From NCBI GenBank assembly GCA_913042085.1, contig CAJWKH010000001.1, forward strand, positions 1,617 to 65,616: 64,000 nt of DNA, written 5' to 3'. Shown in pieces: positions 41,087 to 50,439 of this stretch (the first letter of the stretch is position 1; each line of letters starts with the position of its first letter). The notes below the pieces were generated by a model, which worked only from the letters and a program-made list of their open reading frames with translations, did no database searches and was not told the origin of the DNA. The position numbers and the translations under genes are program-made. The DNA comes from an uncultured Gammaproteobacteria bacterium (GTDB lineage Bacteria > Pseudomonadota > Gammaproteobacteria > Magnimaribacterales > Magnimaribacteraceae).

Positions 41087-43378
41087 ATGAGGAAATTTTC
41101 TAATTTCTTATCAGCACTCTTCTTGTATCTTCCTTGTGCTTTGTTATCTGCCGAAATAACCGTAGATGGTAAGTTAGATGAAGATGAGTGGGGTGAGGCC
41201 AAGCAAATTACTACTTTCTATGAAGTTTTTCCCTACACTTTAAATCCAGTAACAGATATAAAAACAATTATATTGATCCAGGAGTCTGAGGAGGGGATAT
41301 TCTTTGGATTTAAGAACTATCAGTCCAATGAGAGTATGAGATCTCAAAGTCATCAGAGAGATAATGAAAGATCTATTGCAGATAAGAATGGAGTAACTAT
41401 AGATTTTGATGCAGATAAATTAACGGGCTATCAGTTTTTTGTCTCTTCTAGCGGCTCCATTGGAGATGCTACTTATAAAAATGAAAATGATAGAAGTTAT
41501 GACTGGGACGCTGACTGGCTTTCTGCTGTAACTATTGAAGACGGGGTTTGGTATTCAGAGATGTTTATACCTTGGACTGTGGCGCCAATGAAGGCCCAGT
41601 CGGGCAATAAGAGAAAAGTTAGGATGGCCTTTTATAGGATGTTGGCAGGACCCCAAAAAGTTATTGCCACTATAAAAGGCAGCTCTCATCAAAATATATA
41701 CCTTTCCGTTTTTAACAATTACGCCTTTAACAACTATCAAGCATCAAGCTTAGATTTTTTTCCTTATCTAACGATTAATGAGGACAGGATTCATGGAGAA
41801 ATTGATAATAAAGTAGGCGCTGAGATTTTTTGGAAAATTGATTCAAGCAAACAATTAAATACCACCCTTAATCCTGATTTTGGGCAAGTAGAAAGCGATG
41901 ACGTAGTTGTCAATTTCTCCGCTACAGAAACTTTTTATTCTGATAAAAGACCTTTCTTTTCGGAAAACCATGGTTTATTTGACGTTACTGCATATAGATT
42001 TCTTTATGTTATTAATACTAGACGTATTGGCGGAACGCCAGACTATGATTGTTCTAAGTTTCTAGATGCTCAAAAGGATAGCTGTCTCAATAATCAGATA
42101 GGAGCAAATGATATTGATTATGCTTTGAGATATTCACAACAAGGTGAATCTTTAGACTTCGGATTATTGGGCGCTTCGGAGGCTGACGAAAAATTTAGCA
42201 CAGGAAAGGACTTCTATTCAGTGCGTTTAAGGACTAAAAAAGATGATTTAACTATAGGTTATCTGGGAACATATGTAGATAGACCGGTTCTAGATAGAAC
42301 GGCACAAGTTAATTCCGTTGATTTTGATTATAGGCCATCTCAAGTATTAAGAATTAATGGGCTGTTAGTTAATTCCAAGGTAGATGATGAGAATGGATAC
42401 GGGTTTGACTTTGGTTTGGGGTATGACCCAGATAAGACAAAGCATTTTGGTTTTGGCCTTTATTATTTTGATGAAAATCTTAATGTTAATGATATGGGGT
42501 ATTTGGTTAGGAATGATTGGCTGATGTTTGGCGGTAGATATCAAATTAAGAAAACTGATTTCAGTTCCAATTCTTTATTTAGAGATAGGCAATATGAATT
42601 TGGATGGTCTCTTAAATCAGATTCTTCATTTGATAAAGAACCTTCATCGATTAGATTTTCTGTTGATAATCAACTGAAGAATAGCTCTCAATTCAAATTT
42701 GGAACTTTTTATAGAACTGATGGGAGGGAAAACAGAATTACCAGGAATTCTCCATTAGCTCCTTTTATAAACATGCCAAAAGGCTATGGTGTTGAGATGG
42801 ACTTTAATGGACCTAGAGATAATTTCCTAAGGTACTCTTTATATGCAAACAGAGAAAAGGGAGATGGGTATTCTCCTGAATTAGGATGGACTTCATCGTA
42901 TAGAGGCTCTGTAAGCATTTCTCCTACAGATACTTTAATTGCCAAAATAAGTTACCGACATGCTGAAGAGAGTAATTGGCTAAACTGGATAAGTGATAAC
43001 CTCTTAGCAACATACGATAAGAAGCAAAGATCTACCACTGCCAGTATTCAATGGTTTGAAGGCACTAAACACGAATTAAGATTGAAAGCCCAGATGGTTG
43101 CTTTTACTGCAAGAAATCCAAAGCCATTCCTCGGAGATATTAAGGGAAATCTAAATCCCTATGAAACATCTCTTCCGCCAATTACAGTGAGCCAACTAGC
43201 TTTTCAGGTTAGATATAGATACGAAATACAGCCACTAGCTTACTTGTATGTTGTTTACACAAAAGGAGGCAAGGTTGCTATGTACGATGAGGAAGATAGT
43301 TTAAATGAACTATATAAAAGACCTTGGAACGATCCTCAGAGTGACAACTTCACTATTAAACTTAGATATAGATTTTAA
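41087..43378 (+). CDS. outer-membrane protein, N-terminal CBM9/DOMON-like domain plus large beta-barrel (DUF5916-like), paralog 1
   Basis: 763 aa. Signal peptide (…CALLSA/E), ITVDGKLDEDEWGEA CBM9-like start, alternating beta-strand pattern and C-terminal …KLRYRF (aromatic terminal residue typical of OMP beta-signals). Confidence 0.7.
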   Translation: MRKFSNFLSALFLYLPCALLSAEITVDGKLDEDEWGEAKQITTFYEVFPYTLNPVTDIKTIILIQESEEGIFFGFKNYQSNESMRSQSHQRDNERSIADKNGVTIDFDADKLTGYQFFVSSSGSIGDATYKNENDRSYDWDADWLSAVTIEDGVWYSEMFIPWTVAPMKAQSGNKRKVRMAFYRMLAGPQKVIATIKGSSHQNIYLSVFNNYAFNNYQASSLDFFPYLTINEDRIHGEIDNKVGAEIFWKIDSSKQLNTTLNPDFGQVESDDVVVNFSATETFYSDKRPFFSENHGLFDVTAYRFLYVINTRRIGGTPDYDCSKFLDAQKDSCLNNQIGANDIDYALRYSQQGESLDFGLLGASEADEKFSTGKDFYSVRLRTKKDDLTIGYLGTYVDRPVLDRTAQVNSVDFDYRPSQVLRINGLLVNSKVDDENGYGFDFGLGYDPDKTKHFGFGLYYFDENLNVNDMGYLVRNDWLMFGGRYQIKKTDFSSNSLFRDRQYEFGWSLKSDSSFDKEPSSIRFSVDNQLKNSSQFKFGTFYRTDGRENRITRNSPLAPFINMPKGYGVEMDFNGPRDNFLRYSLYANREKGDGYSPELGWTSSYRGSVSISPTDTLIAKISYRHAEESNWLNWISDNLLATYDKKQRSTTASIQWFEGTKHELRLKAQMVAFTARNPKPFLGDIKGNLNPYETSLPPITVSQLAFQVRYRYEIQPLAYLYVVYTKGGKVAMYDEEDSLNELYKRPWNDPQSDNFTIKLRYRF

Positions 43379-43410
43379 TACAATCAACATTTAAAATAGC
43401 TGCTCTCATA

Positions 43411-45744
43411 ATGGAAACACTATTGCATAGGAAGCTAACATCTCTTTTTTCTTCTTTATTAGGGCTTTTATTCTTAGCCCAGTCTGTGCATGCATTGGAT
43501 ATATCTATAGATGGAGTTTTAGATGAAACTGATTGGTCTAATGCCAGAGAGGTCACCAAGTTTTATGAATCAATGCCTTTTAGTCTAGGCGAACCAAAAC
43601 ACTTCCAGAAGGTTCTTGTTTTAGAGGATGAAAATGGAATGTATTTTGGTTTTGTTAATCTTCAACCAAAAGACACTATTCGTGCAAATAAACACGAAAG
43701 AGATGATGAGATGGCTAATGCAGACAGAAGTGGAGTGACTATTGATTTTGATGGTGATGGCTTAACAGCTTATAGCTTCTCCGTTTCAGCTGGTGGTTCT
43801 ATAGCCGATGGGACTTACAGAAATGAGAATGACGCAAATTATGATTGGGATGCGGATTGGGATTCAGCTACATCAGTAGGCAATGAAGGTTGGTACGCAG
43901 AGATGTTTATTCCTTGGAGCATCGCTCCTATGAAGCCTCAAAAAGGAGAAAAAAGGAAAGTTAAATTAGGTTTTTGGAGGATGGTTATAGGCGAATTTAG
44001 AGTTAATACGTCGATCAAAGGAAACCCAAGACAAGAAAAATTTATGTCTGTTTTTAATGAGATGGAATTTAATAATTACAGCGTTTCAAAGATTGATTTC
44101 TTTCCTTATATTAATGTAACGGAAGACAGGATCTTAGAAGAGATAGAAACAAAAGCAGGTGCAGAGATATTTTGGAAGATTGACTCTGGTAAACAATTAA
44201 ATATAGCTTTAAATCCTGATTTCGGACAAGTTGAGAGTGATGAACTGGTAGTTAACTTTACTTCATCTGAAACTTATTACTCTGATAAAAGACCTTTCTT
44301 TTCTGAAAACCATTCTTTGTTTGACGTAAAAGGCTATACATTCTTTTACGTTATAAATACAAGGAGAATAGGCTCTGCCCCTGATTATAATTGTTCTAAA
44401 TATTCTGGCTCTTTGAAGAATCTTTGTGAATCAACTCAGGTAGGTATTACCGATATTGATTACGCAGTTCGCTATACACAACAAGGCGAGTCTTTTGATT
44501 TTGGATTCCTGAGTGCTTCAGAAGCCGACGAGCCTTTTACTCAAGGAAAAGATTTTTACTCCATAAGAACAGTAAAGAATGGAGCTAATTACTCAATAGG
44601 CTACTTAGGAACTTATACAAATAGGCCTGTATTAGACAGGAATGCAGATGTACATTCAGTAGACGTGGTTTATAGACCTACAGAAAAATTAAGATTAGAA
44701 ACGGTTTTCCTTACTTCAAATGTGAATCAAGGCTTTGATGGGACTGAAACATCTGGGGATGCTTTTAGATTTAGACTTACTGCATCTCCAAGACAAGGCC
44801 AATGGCACGATATGGGAATCTTCTTCTTTGATGAAGAAGTGGACATAAATGATATGGGCTATCAAATGACTAATAATTGGCTTTTTATAGGAGGCCATAA
44901 CGGTTTAAAGTTTACTGATTTTAAAGAGTCCTCAGCTTTTCTTTCTACAGAATACATACTCGGTTTAGGATATGAAGGAAATGCTGATCTAGATAAATCA
45001 GGTATTTTCATGCATTTAACTAACAAGAGCACTTTTAAGAATACTTCTGGTTTAGAGTTTGGTGGCTTTCATAGGTCTGCGAGTAAAGATTATTGGATTA
45101 CTAGGGGTAATATCGATTCCCCGTTCGTGAAGAAACCTGAGAATTATGGAACCTCCTTACAATATATGGGACCATCTAAAGATTTTTTTAATTACTTCCT
45201 TGAGGTTAAGAGAGAAAAGGGTTCTCAATACGGTTTCTCTGCTCTGGGCTTTGTAACCTCTTATACTGCTAACATCGACGTCTCTCCTAATGATAATCTT
45301 AAATTTTCACTCATGCACCAACACGCTGAAGAAGACACATGGTTAAATTGGGTTCAGGACAACTTGTTAGGTATTTACAAAAACAAAAAACAGAGAACAA
45401 CAGTTGCGTCATTGAACTGGTTTGGTGGCGATAAACACGAGTTAAGGATGAAAGCTCAAATGGTTGCATTCACGGCAAGGAACCCGAGTGCTTATCTTGG
45501 AGATTCTTATGGAGTTTTAAATCCTGTTGAAATGGCTCTCCCCCCATTTACTCTAAGTGATTTAGCATTTCAAGCGAGATATCGTTATGAAATTTTGCCT
45601 TTGGCATACCTTTATGTAGTTTATTCAAAAGGTGGAAGGATACTTGAATATGACGAGGAGGATAGTTTAGGCGAAATATACAAGCGTCCTTGGAATAACC
45701 CTCAAGCAGATACTTTTACTGTTAAAGTGAGATATAGATTCTAG
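43411..45744 (+). CDS. outer-membrane protein, CBM9/DOMON-like plus DUF5916-like barrel, paralog 2
   Basis: 777 aa, collinear with paralog 1 along its whole length (very roughly half of residues identical by eye). Shares blocks NPDFGQVESD, YSDKRPFFSEN, YVINTRRIG and MVAFTARNP. Ends …KVRYRF. Confidence 0.7.
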   Translation: METLLHRKLTSLFSSLLGLLFLAQSVHALDISIDGVLDETDWSNAREVTKFYESMPFSLGEPKHFQKVLVLEDENGMYFGFVNLQPKDTIRANKHERDDEMANADRSGVTIDFDGDGLTAYSFSVSAGGSIADGTYRNENDANYDWDADWDSATSVGNEGWYAEMFIPWSIAPMKPQKGEKRKVKLGFWRMVIGEFRVNTSIKGNPRQEKFMSVFNEMEFNNYSVSKIDFFPYINVTEDRILEEIETKAGAEIFWKIDSGKQLNIALNPDFGQVESDELVVNFTSSETYYSDKRPFFSENHSLFDVKGYTFFYVINTRRIGSAPDYNCSKYSGSLKNLCESTQVGITDIDYAVRYTQQGESFDFGFLSASEADEPFTQGKDFYSIRTVKNGANYSIGYLGTYTNRPVLDRNADVHSVDVVYRPTEKLRLETVFLTSNVNQGFDGTETSGDAFRFRLTASPRQGQWHDMGIFFFDEEVDINDMGYQMTNNWLFIGGHNGLKFTDFKESSAFLSTEYILGLGYEGNADLDKSGIFMHLTNKSTFKNTSGLEFGGFHRSASKDYWITRGNIDSPFVKKPENYGTSLQYMGPSKDFFNYFLEVKREKGSQYGFSALGFVTSYTANIDVSPNDNLKFSLMHQHAEEDTWLNWVQDNLLGIYKNKKQRTTVASLNWFGGDKHELRMKAQMVAFTARNPSAYLGDSYGVLNPVEMALPPFTLSDLAFQARYRYEILPLAYLYVVYSKGGRILEYDEEDSLGEIYKRPWNNPQADTFTVKVRYRF

Positions 45745-45938
45745 TCTTTGTGTGCCTCAGAGCAGAACCAATTCTCGCCTGACTGGATTGCTTCAGATTT
45801 AGGTAAATTAAGATCACAATTCTTACATTTCACCATTTCAGTGCTCTTTTCCGAAATATTTACTTTAGGTTTTCTAGCTAATCTTGCAATTAGATAAACA
45901 AGAGCTATCACTGTAATAAGTATAAGAATTTGGTACAT
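45741..45938 (-). CDS. small membrane-anchored Cys-rich protein (PP0621-like)
   Basis: 65 aa. N-terminal TM helix, then CKNC…CSEAH putative metal-binding motif. Located directly downstream of bamD. Confidence 0.55.
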   Translation of the reverse strand: MYQILILITVIALVYLIARLARKPKVNISEKSTEMVKCKNCDLNLPKSEAIQSGENWFCSEAHKD

Positions 45939-45940
45939 TT

Positions 45941-46816
45941 CTAAGGAGTAAGTGGAGTGGGCTTTTCTATTTTTTCTTTACCAAGAAGCCCTAAAGTTAA
46001 TATTCTTTTCCAAGACCTCTTTTTTACCGAAAGATTTTGGTTGATATCAAACTCAGGAAAGTTGGAGTTCAGTATTTTTAAATTTACATCCCTTAGTTCA
46101 GGATAATCTAATATTCCATAGGCTTCTACTAAGATTGAAAGCGCAAATGGCGTTTGAGGTGTATTAGGCAGATGCTCTATAATGTATTTGGCTCTTCCAA
46201 TAGCAGCCAGATAAGCTCCTCTCTTCATGTAGAAATCTGCGACGTAAATTTCATGTTCTGCAAGCAAGTTTCTAAGATAGATCATCCTTTGCTTGGCATG
46301 AGGAACGTAGTTACTGTTTGGGTATCTAGAAATAAATTCTGACAATTCATCAAAAGATTTCTGCGCCATTATTATTTCTCTTTTTGCTAAATCAGATTGG
46401 AAATATCTTGAAAATAAACCAGCATCTTCTGTAAAAGCCGCTAAGCCTTTCATGTAATAAGCATATCCAGTATGAGAATGTCTTGGATGCAAATTTATAA
46501 ATCTCTGGGCTGCAGACTCACTCGCTTCAAACATTGAATTCATATAGTAGGCATATATCAACTCAGCTTGTGCTTGTTCTGCGTATCTTCCGAACGGAAA
46601 TCGAGATTCAAGAGTTTCTAAGCTTATTATAGCTGTTGAATAGCTAGCGCTCTTCAATCTTGACTGAGCTTGGTCGTAAAGCTCCTTTTCAATAAGCCTT
46701 TCATCTGGTAGTTCTTCATTTGAAGAACAAGATACAATCAAGAATATAATTAAAAGATATCTCAGAAAAATGAGATTTCTCTTGCTTGAATTAACAAAAT
46801 TGTGAACGATTAGCAT
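45941..46816 (-). CDS. bamD: outer membrane protein assembly factor BamD
   Basis: 291 aa. Lipoprotein signal with lipobox (LIVSC) and TPR-like repeats. Conserved divergent pairing with rluD. Confidence 0.85.
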   Translation of the reverse strand: MLIVHNFVNSSKRNLIFLRYLLIIFLIVSCSSNEELPDERLIEKELYDQAQSRLKSASYSTAIISLETLESRFPFGRYAEQAQAELIYAYYMNSMFEASESAAQRFINLHPRHSHTGYAYYMKGLAAFTEDAGLFSRYFQSDLAKREIIMAQKSFDELSEFISRYPNSNYVPHAKQRMIYLRNLLAEHEIYVADFYMKRGAYLAAIGRAKYIIEHLPNTPQTPFALSILVEAYGILDYPELRDVNLKILNSNFPEFDINQNLSVKKRSWKRILTLGLLGKEKIEKPTPLTP

Positions 46817-46895
46817 TTGAACAGCAGATTCTACATATATGGATAGTTCTTGGACAGAAAAAGCTTTATAAGGTTCGAAAAAACAGTTATTAGAA

Positions 46896-47846
46896 ATGAA
46901 GAAGAATATTACCCTATCTTACAAAACCATGGAAAAAGATGCTGATGAGCGTCTAGATTTTGTTACAGCTAGAGAGTTCACTGAATTCTCAAGAGTGCAC
47001 ATACAACGATGGATAAAGGATGGAAAGTTATTATTAGATGGAGAAATTGTTAAACCCAAACAACTCCTTAAAGTTAATCAGCTTATCTCTGTTGAAACCT
47101 CTGAAGAACCAACTTTAGATGATGGGCCTGAAGATATTCCTATTGAAATTATTTATGAAGATGAGGACATTGTTGTTTTAAATAAACAGCCTGGGCTAGT
47201 AGTTCATCCAGGGGCAGGCAATCTAACAGGTACTCTAGTTAATGCTTTATTGCATCACGATGAAGAATTAAGTTTTTTACCCAGAGCAGGAATTGTACAT
47301 CGCCTAGATAAAGACACTTCAGGGATAATGGTTGTTGCAAAGAATGAATTTTCTTATCTAAACCTCGTATCTCAACTCAAAGAAAGGAAAGTTAATAGAC
47401 ATTACTTAGCTTTAGTCGTGGGTGAGCCCTTATCTGGTTCAACGATTAATGAACCTATAGGTAGACATCCTAAGCTTAGAACAAAACAAGCGGTTACTGA
47501 TGCAGGTAAGGAAGCTATAACCAATTTCAAGATTCAGGAAAGGATGGGAGGTTATAGTTTATTGAATGTTTCTTTAGAAACAGGAAGAACTCATCAAATT
47601 AGAGTTCATTTAGCTTTTATTAATTTTCCGATATTGGGCGATTCTGTTTATGGGGGAAGAAAAAAGTTTGCTGCTGGAACAAGTGAAGCTGTAAAAAAAG
47701 AAATATTAAAATTTCCCAGACAAGCCCTTCACGCTGAGAAATTAGAATTTATTCACCCTAAGTCTGGTAAGAAGATTAATTATTCAGCTAAGATCCCAAA
47801 GGACTTAATACAACTTATTGAGTTGTTAAAAAACCTCAATGAGTAA
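46896..47846 (+). CDS. rluD: 23S rRNA pseudouridine synthase D
   Basis: 316 aa. S4 domain followed by the RluA-family catalytic motif HRLDKDTSG. Confidence 0.92.
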   Translation: MKKNITLSYKTMEKDADERLDFVTAREFTEFSRVHIQRWIKDGKLLLDGEIVKPKQLLKVNQLISVETSEEPTLDDGPEDIPIEIIYEDEDIVVLNKQPGLVVHPGAGNLTGTLVNALLHHDEELSFLPRAGIVHRLDKDTSGIMVVAKNEFSYLNLVSQLKERKVNRHYLALVVGEPLSGSTINEPIGRHPKLRTKQAVTDAGKEAITNFKIQERMGGYSLLNVSLETGRTHQIRVHLAFINFPILGDSVYGGRKKFAAGTSEAVKKEILKFPRQALHAEKLEFIHPKSGKKINYSAKIPKDLIQLIELLKNLNE

Positions 47847-48543
47847 CATTGACAAAATTTCTTCGAAAGATGCGTTAGGTAATAAGATAGGTTGTGTTAC
47901 TTTAACTAAGCATTTCTTTAAGAAAAACGGTATTGCTGATAATACCAGTAAAGATCTACCTTTTTCTCTTTCAGAATATAAAGGTTTACCGGTTCAATAC
48001 ATGAATCAGGTTCATGGCACATCAGTTCAGGTAATAAATGATTATGTTTATGAACCCATTGAAAATACAGATGCTCTTTTCACTAGTTCTAAAAGAGTTT
48101 CGTTAGCCATTATGTCTGCTGATTGCTTACCGATTGCCATAGCCAATTCAGAAGGGACTGAGATTGCCTTAATTCATGCGGGATGGAGGGGTTTGTCTAG
48201 CGGAATAATTGATAAAACATTAAAAATGTTTGATTTAGATAACAAAGAATTAAAAGCTTGGCTGGCTCCTTGTATTTCACAAAAGGAATATGAAATAGGA
48301 AATGATGTTTACGAAGCTTTTACGAAGTTAGATGAAGAATCTGTAAAAAGTTTTAAGAAGCTTAATTCCGAAAAATGGTTATTTGATTTGAAAGCTCAAG
48401 CAACTAGGATTTTAGAGAAGTTTGAAGTCTCTGTATCTGAAAGCAATTATTGTACTTACAACGACGAGGAGTTATTTTATTCTTATAGAAGAAATAAAAC
48501 TGATAAAAGAGTATTAACTTTATTATGGAGGAAAGATGTCTAG
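47839..48543 (+). CDS. pgeF: YfiH/PgeF family protein (purine nucleoside phosphorylase / peptidoglycan editing factor)
   Basis: 234 aa with NQVHG, SADCLP and HAGWRG motifs. Conserved rluD-pgeF order. Confidence 0.85.
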   Translation: MSNIDKISSKDALGNKIGCVTLTKHFFKKNGIADNTSKDLPFSLSEYKGLPVQYMNQVHGTSVQVINDYVYEPIENTDALFTSSKRVSLAIMSADCLPIAIANSEGTEIALIHAGWRGLSSGIIDKTLKMFDLDNKELKAWLAPCISQKEYEIGNDVYEAFTKLDEESVKSFKKLNSEKWLFDLKAQATRILEKFEVSVSESNYCTYNDEELFYSYRRNKTDKRVLTLLWRKDV

Positions 48544-49405
48544 TAAGGGGTTTGTAGGTTTGGGAGTAATGGGATCGGCCATGGCTGGGCATATTTTTAA
48601 TAAATATTCTGATCTCATCGTTTATAACCGAACCATGAACAAAGCTAATTCTTGGGTGCAAGTGAATGGTGGACAAGCCGTTAGTAATGCAGCAGAAGTT
48701 GGTGAGTTGTGCGAACAAGTTTTTTTATGCGTTGGTAATGATGAAGACGTGAAAGAAGTGGTTTCAGGAGAAGAGGGCATACTTCAATCAATGAAGAAAG
48801 GTGGCGTAATAGTTGATCACACAACGATTTCTGCAGATATATCAAAAGAGTTAAGTGAACTTTGTTCTGCAAAAGAGATTGGTTTTATAGACGCACCTGT
48901 ATCGGGTGGACAAGCTGGTGCTGAGTCCGGGCAGCTTACTGTAATGGCTGGAGGGGAAGAAAAGTATTTTGATATGGCAAAGGAAACCATTGCATGTTAT
49001 TCAAAATTTATAAAACTAATGGGGCCAAGTGGGTCAGGTCAATTGACCAAGATGGTTAATCAAATTTGTATTGCTGGATTAATTCAATCTTTGTCTGAAG
49101 GTATAAATTTTTCTGAAGAAGTTGGCTTAAATACGAACGAAGTCATTGAAGTAATATCGAAAGGAGCAGCACAATCATGGCAAATGGAAAATAGATGGGA
49201 AACTATGTTACAAGATCATTATGATCATGGTTTTGCGGTTGATCACATGAGAAAAGATCTTGATTTGGTTATCGAAGAAGCGAACAAAAAAGAGATCAAT
49301 GTAGATCTAACAAAGGTTGTTAATGAATATTACAAAGATATTCAAGGTATGGGAGGCAATAGATGGGATACTTCAAGCCTGCTTAAAAGACTCAAAGAAT
49401 TATGA
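48536..49405 (+). CDS. NAD(P)-dependent beta-hydroxyacid dehydrogenase (3-hydroxyisobutyrate / tartronate-semialdehyde reductase family)
   Basis: 289 aa. GLGVMGSAMAGH Rossmann motif, DAPVSGG and GSGQLTKMVNQ family motifs. Confidence 0.85.
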   Translation: MSSKGFVGLGVMGSAMAGHIFNKYSDLIVYNRTMNKANSWVQVNGGQAVSNAAEVGELCEQVFLCVGNDEDVKEVVSGEEGILQSMKKGGVIVDHTTISADISKELSELCSAKEIGFIDAPVSGGQAGAESGQLTVMAGGEEKYFDMAKETIACYSKFIKLMGPSGSGQLTKMVNQICIAGLIQSLSEGINFSEEVGLNTNEVIEVISKGAAQSWQMENRWETMLQDHYDHGFAVDHMRKDLDLVIEEANKKEINVDLTKVVNEYYKDIQGMGGNRWDTSSLLKRLKEL

Positions 49406-50340
49406 CATTTCCTTCTTCCAATGATCAACCTTGTAAAGATCTATTAGATTCTTCCATTTCAGATCTTGAGAGGATCACTAATCATTACAAAATAGAAGAT
49501 CTCCAATCTAATTTTTTTAAAGATATTATTATTCCTATAAGTCTACATCTTGATAGCTTTCCTAAAAGAAATGAACCTTATTTGATTTGCTTCACAGGAG
49601 GGCAGGGATCGGGAAAAACTACTATGTCTTATTTTATTCAAGAAGTATTGAGCAACCATTGCAGCAGACCAAGTATGGGCTTCTCTATTGATGACATTTA
49701 CAGGACACAAGAGGAGAGAAGGAAAATATCAGAAGAAGTTCATCCTCTTTGCTATGTCAGAGGAGTTCCAGGAACTCATGATGTAGGTATGGGTATGGAT
49801 TTAATAAAACAATTAAGCGAAGCTAAGAGTGACTCTGTTACAAAAATACCTTCTTTCTGTAAGCCAGAAGACAAACATTATCCTGAAAATGATTGGCCAA
49901 CATATAAAGGAAAACCAGATTTTATTTTCTTTGATGCATGGTGTGGAGGAGCAAAACCAATAAGTGAAGAAAACTGGCTAAGCCCAATGAATGATTTAGA
50001 GAGAGAGGAAGATCCTGAGGGGATATGGTCTAAATGGAGCAATAGAGAGTTAACAAAAGATTACCAAGACTTATTTGATCGATTTGATTTATTGCTCATG
50101 ATAAAGGTTCCAAATATGGAGTTTGTGTACGAAAGTAGATGGATACAGGAGCAAACTTTAGCAAAAACTATTAAAGACCCAGTATTAAAAGAGAAGATAA
50201 TGACTAAAGAGGAAGTTTATAGGTTTGTTATGCATTATGAGCGATTAACTCACTATATTCTTGAGGAAATTCCTAAATTTTCAGATATTGTTTTGGAAAG
50301 AGATGAACAATTCCTTTTTTCTATTACAAAGACCCCTTAA
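49402..50340 (+). CDS. P-loop kinase resembling plant/cyanobacterial-type D-glycerate 3-kinase (GLYK)
   Basis: 312 aa. P-loop GGQGSGKTT followed by SIDDIYRT…RGVPGTHD, which matches my recollection of the GLYK pattern SxDDFYLT…RGxAGxHD. 4-bp overlap with the upstream dehydrogenase. Confidence 0.6.
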   Translation: MTFPSSNDQPCKDLLDSSISDLERITNHYKIEDLQSNFFKDIIIPISLHLDSFPKRNEPYLICFTGGQGSGKTTMSYFIQEVLSNHCSRPSMGFSIDDIYRTQEERRKISEEVHPLCYVRGVPGTHDVGMGMDLIKQLSEAKSDSVTKIPSFCKPEDKHYPENDWPTYKGKPDFIFFDAWCGGAKPISEENWLSPMNDLEREEDPEGIWSKWSNRELTKDYQDLFDRFDLLLMIKVPNMEFVYESRWIQEQTLAKTIKDPVLKEKIMTKEEVYRFVMHYERLTHYILEEIPKFSDIVLERDEQFLFSITKTP

Positions 50341-50362
50341 AGCCATACAAAACAAGGTTTTC

Positions 50363-50390
50363 TTGACTTAGGTGGTTCTGATGTCAAAAT
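50363..50390 (+). promoter_or_regulatory. candidate sigma70 promoter for ilvIHC
   Basis: TTGACT at 50363-50368, a 16-bp spacer, then CAAAAT at 50385-50390. Lies about 50 bp upstream of the ilvI ATG. Hexamer match only. Confidence 0.25.
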
Positions 50391-50439
50391 GCTCTCCCTC
50401 CTAGCTTTAGACCAGTAATTTATAGATACTAAGAGAGAT

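Noticed and set aside
41087-45744. Interpreting the two 760-780-aa outer-membrane proteins as TonB-dependent receptors
   Set aside because: The size is similar, but there is no TonB box or plug-domain pattern at the N-terminus. Instead there is a CBM9/DOMON-like module, and the characteristic TBDT C-terminal motifs are not evident beyond a terminal aromatic residue.
50381-50404. Mini-ORF MSKCSPS* upstream of ilvI, considered as a possible ilv attenuation leader peptide
   Set aside because: It contains no Ile, Val or Leu codons, and I cannot find alternative terminator/antiterminator hairpins between it and ilvI. It is most likely fortuitous.
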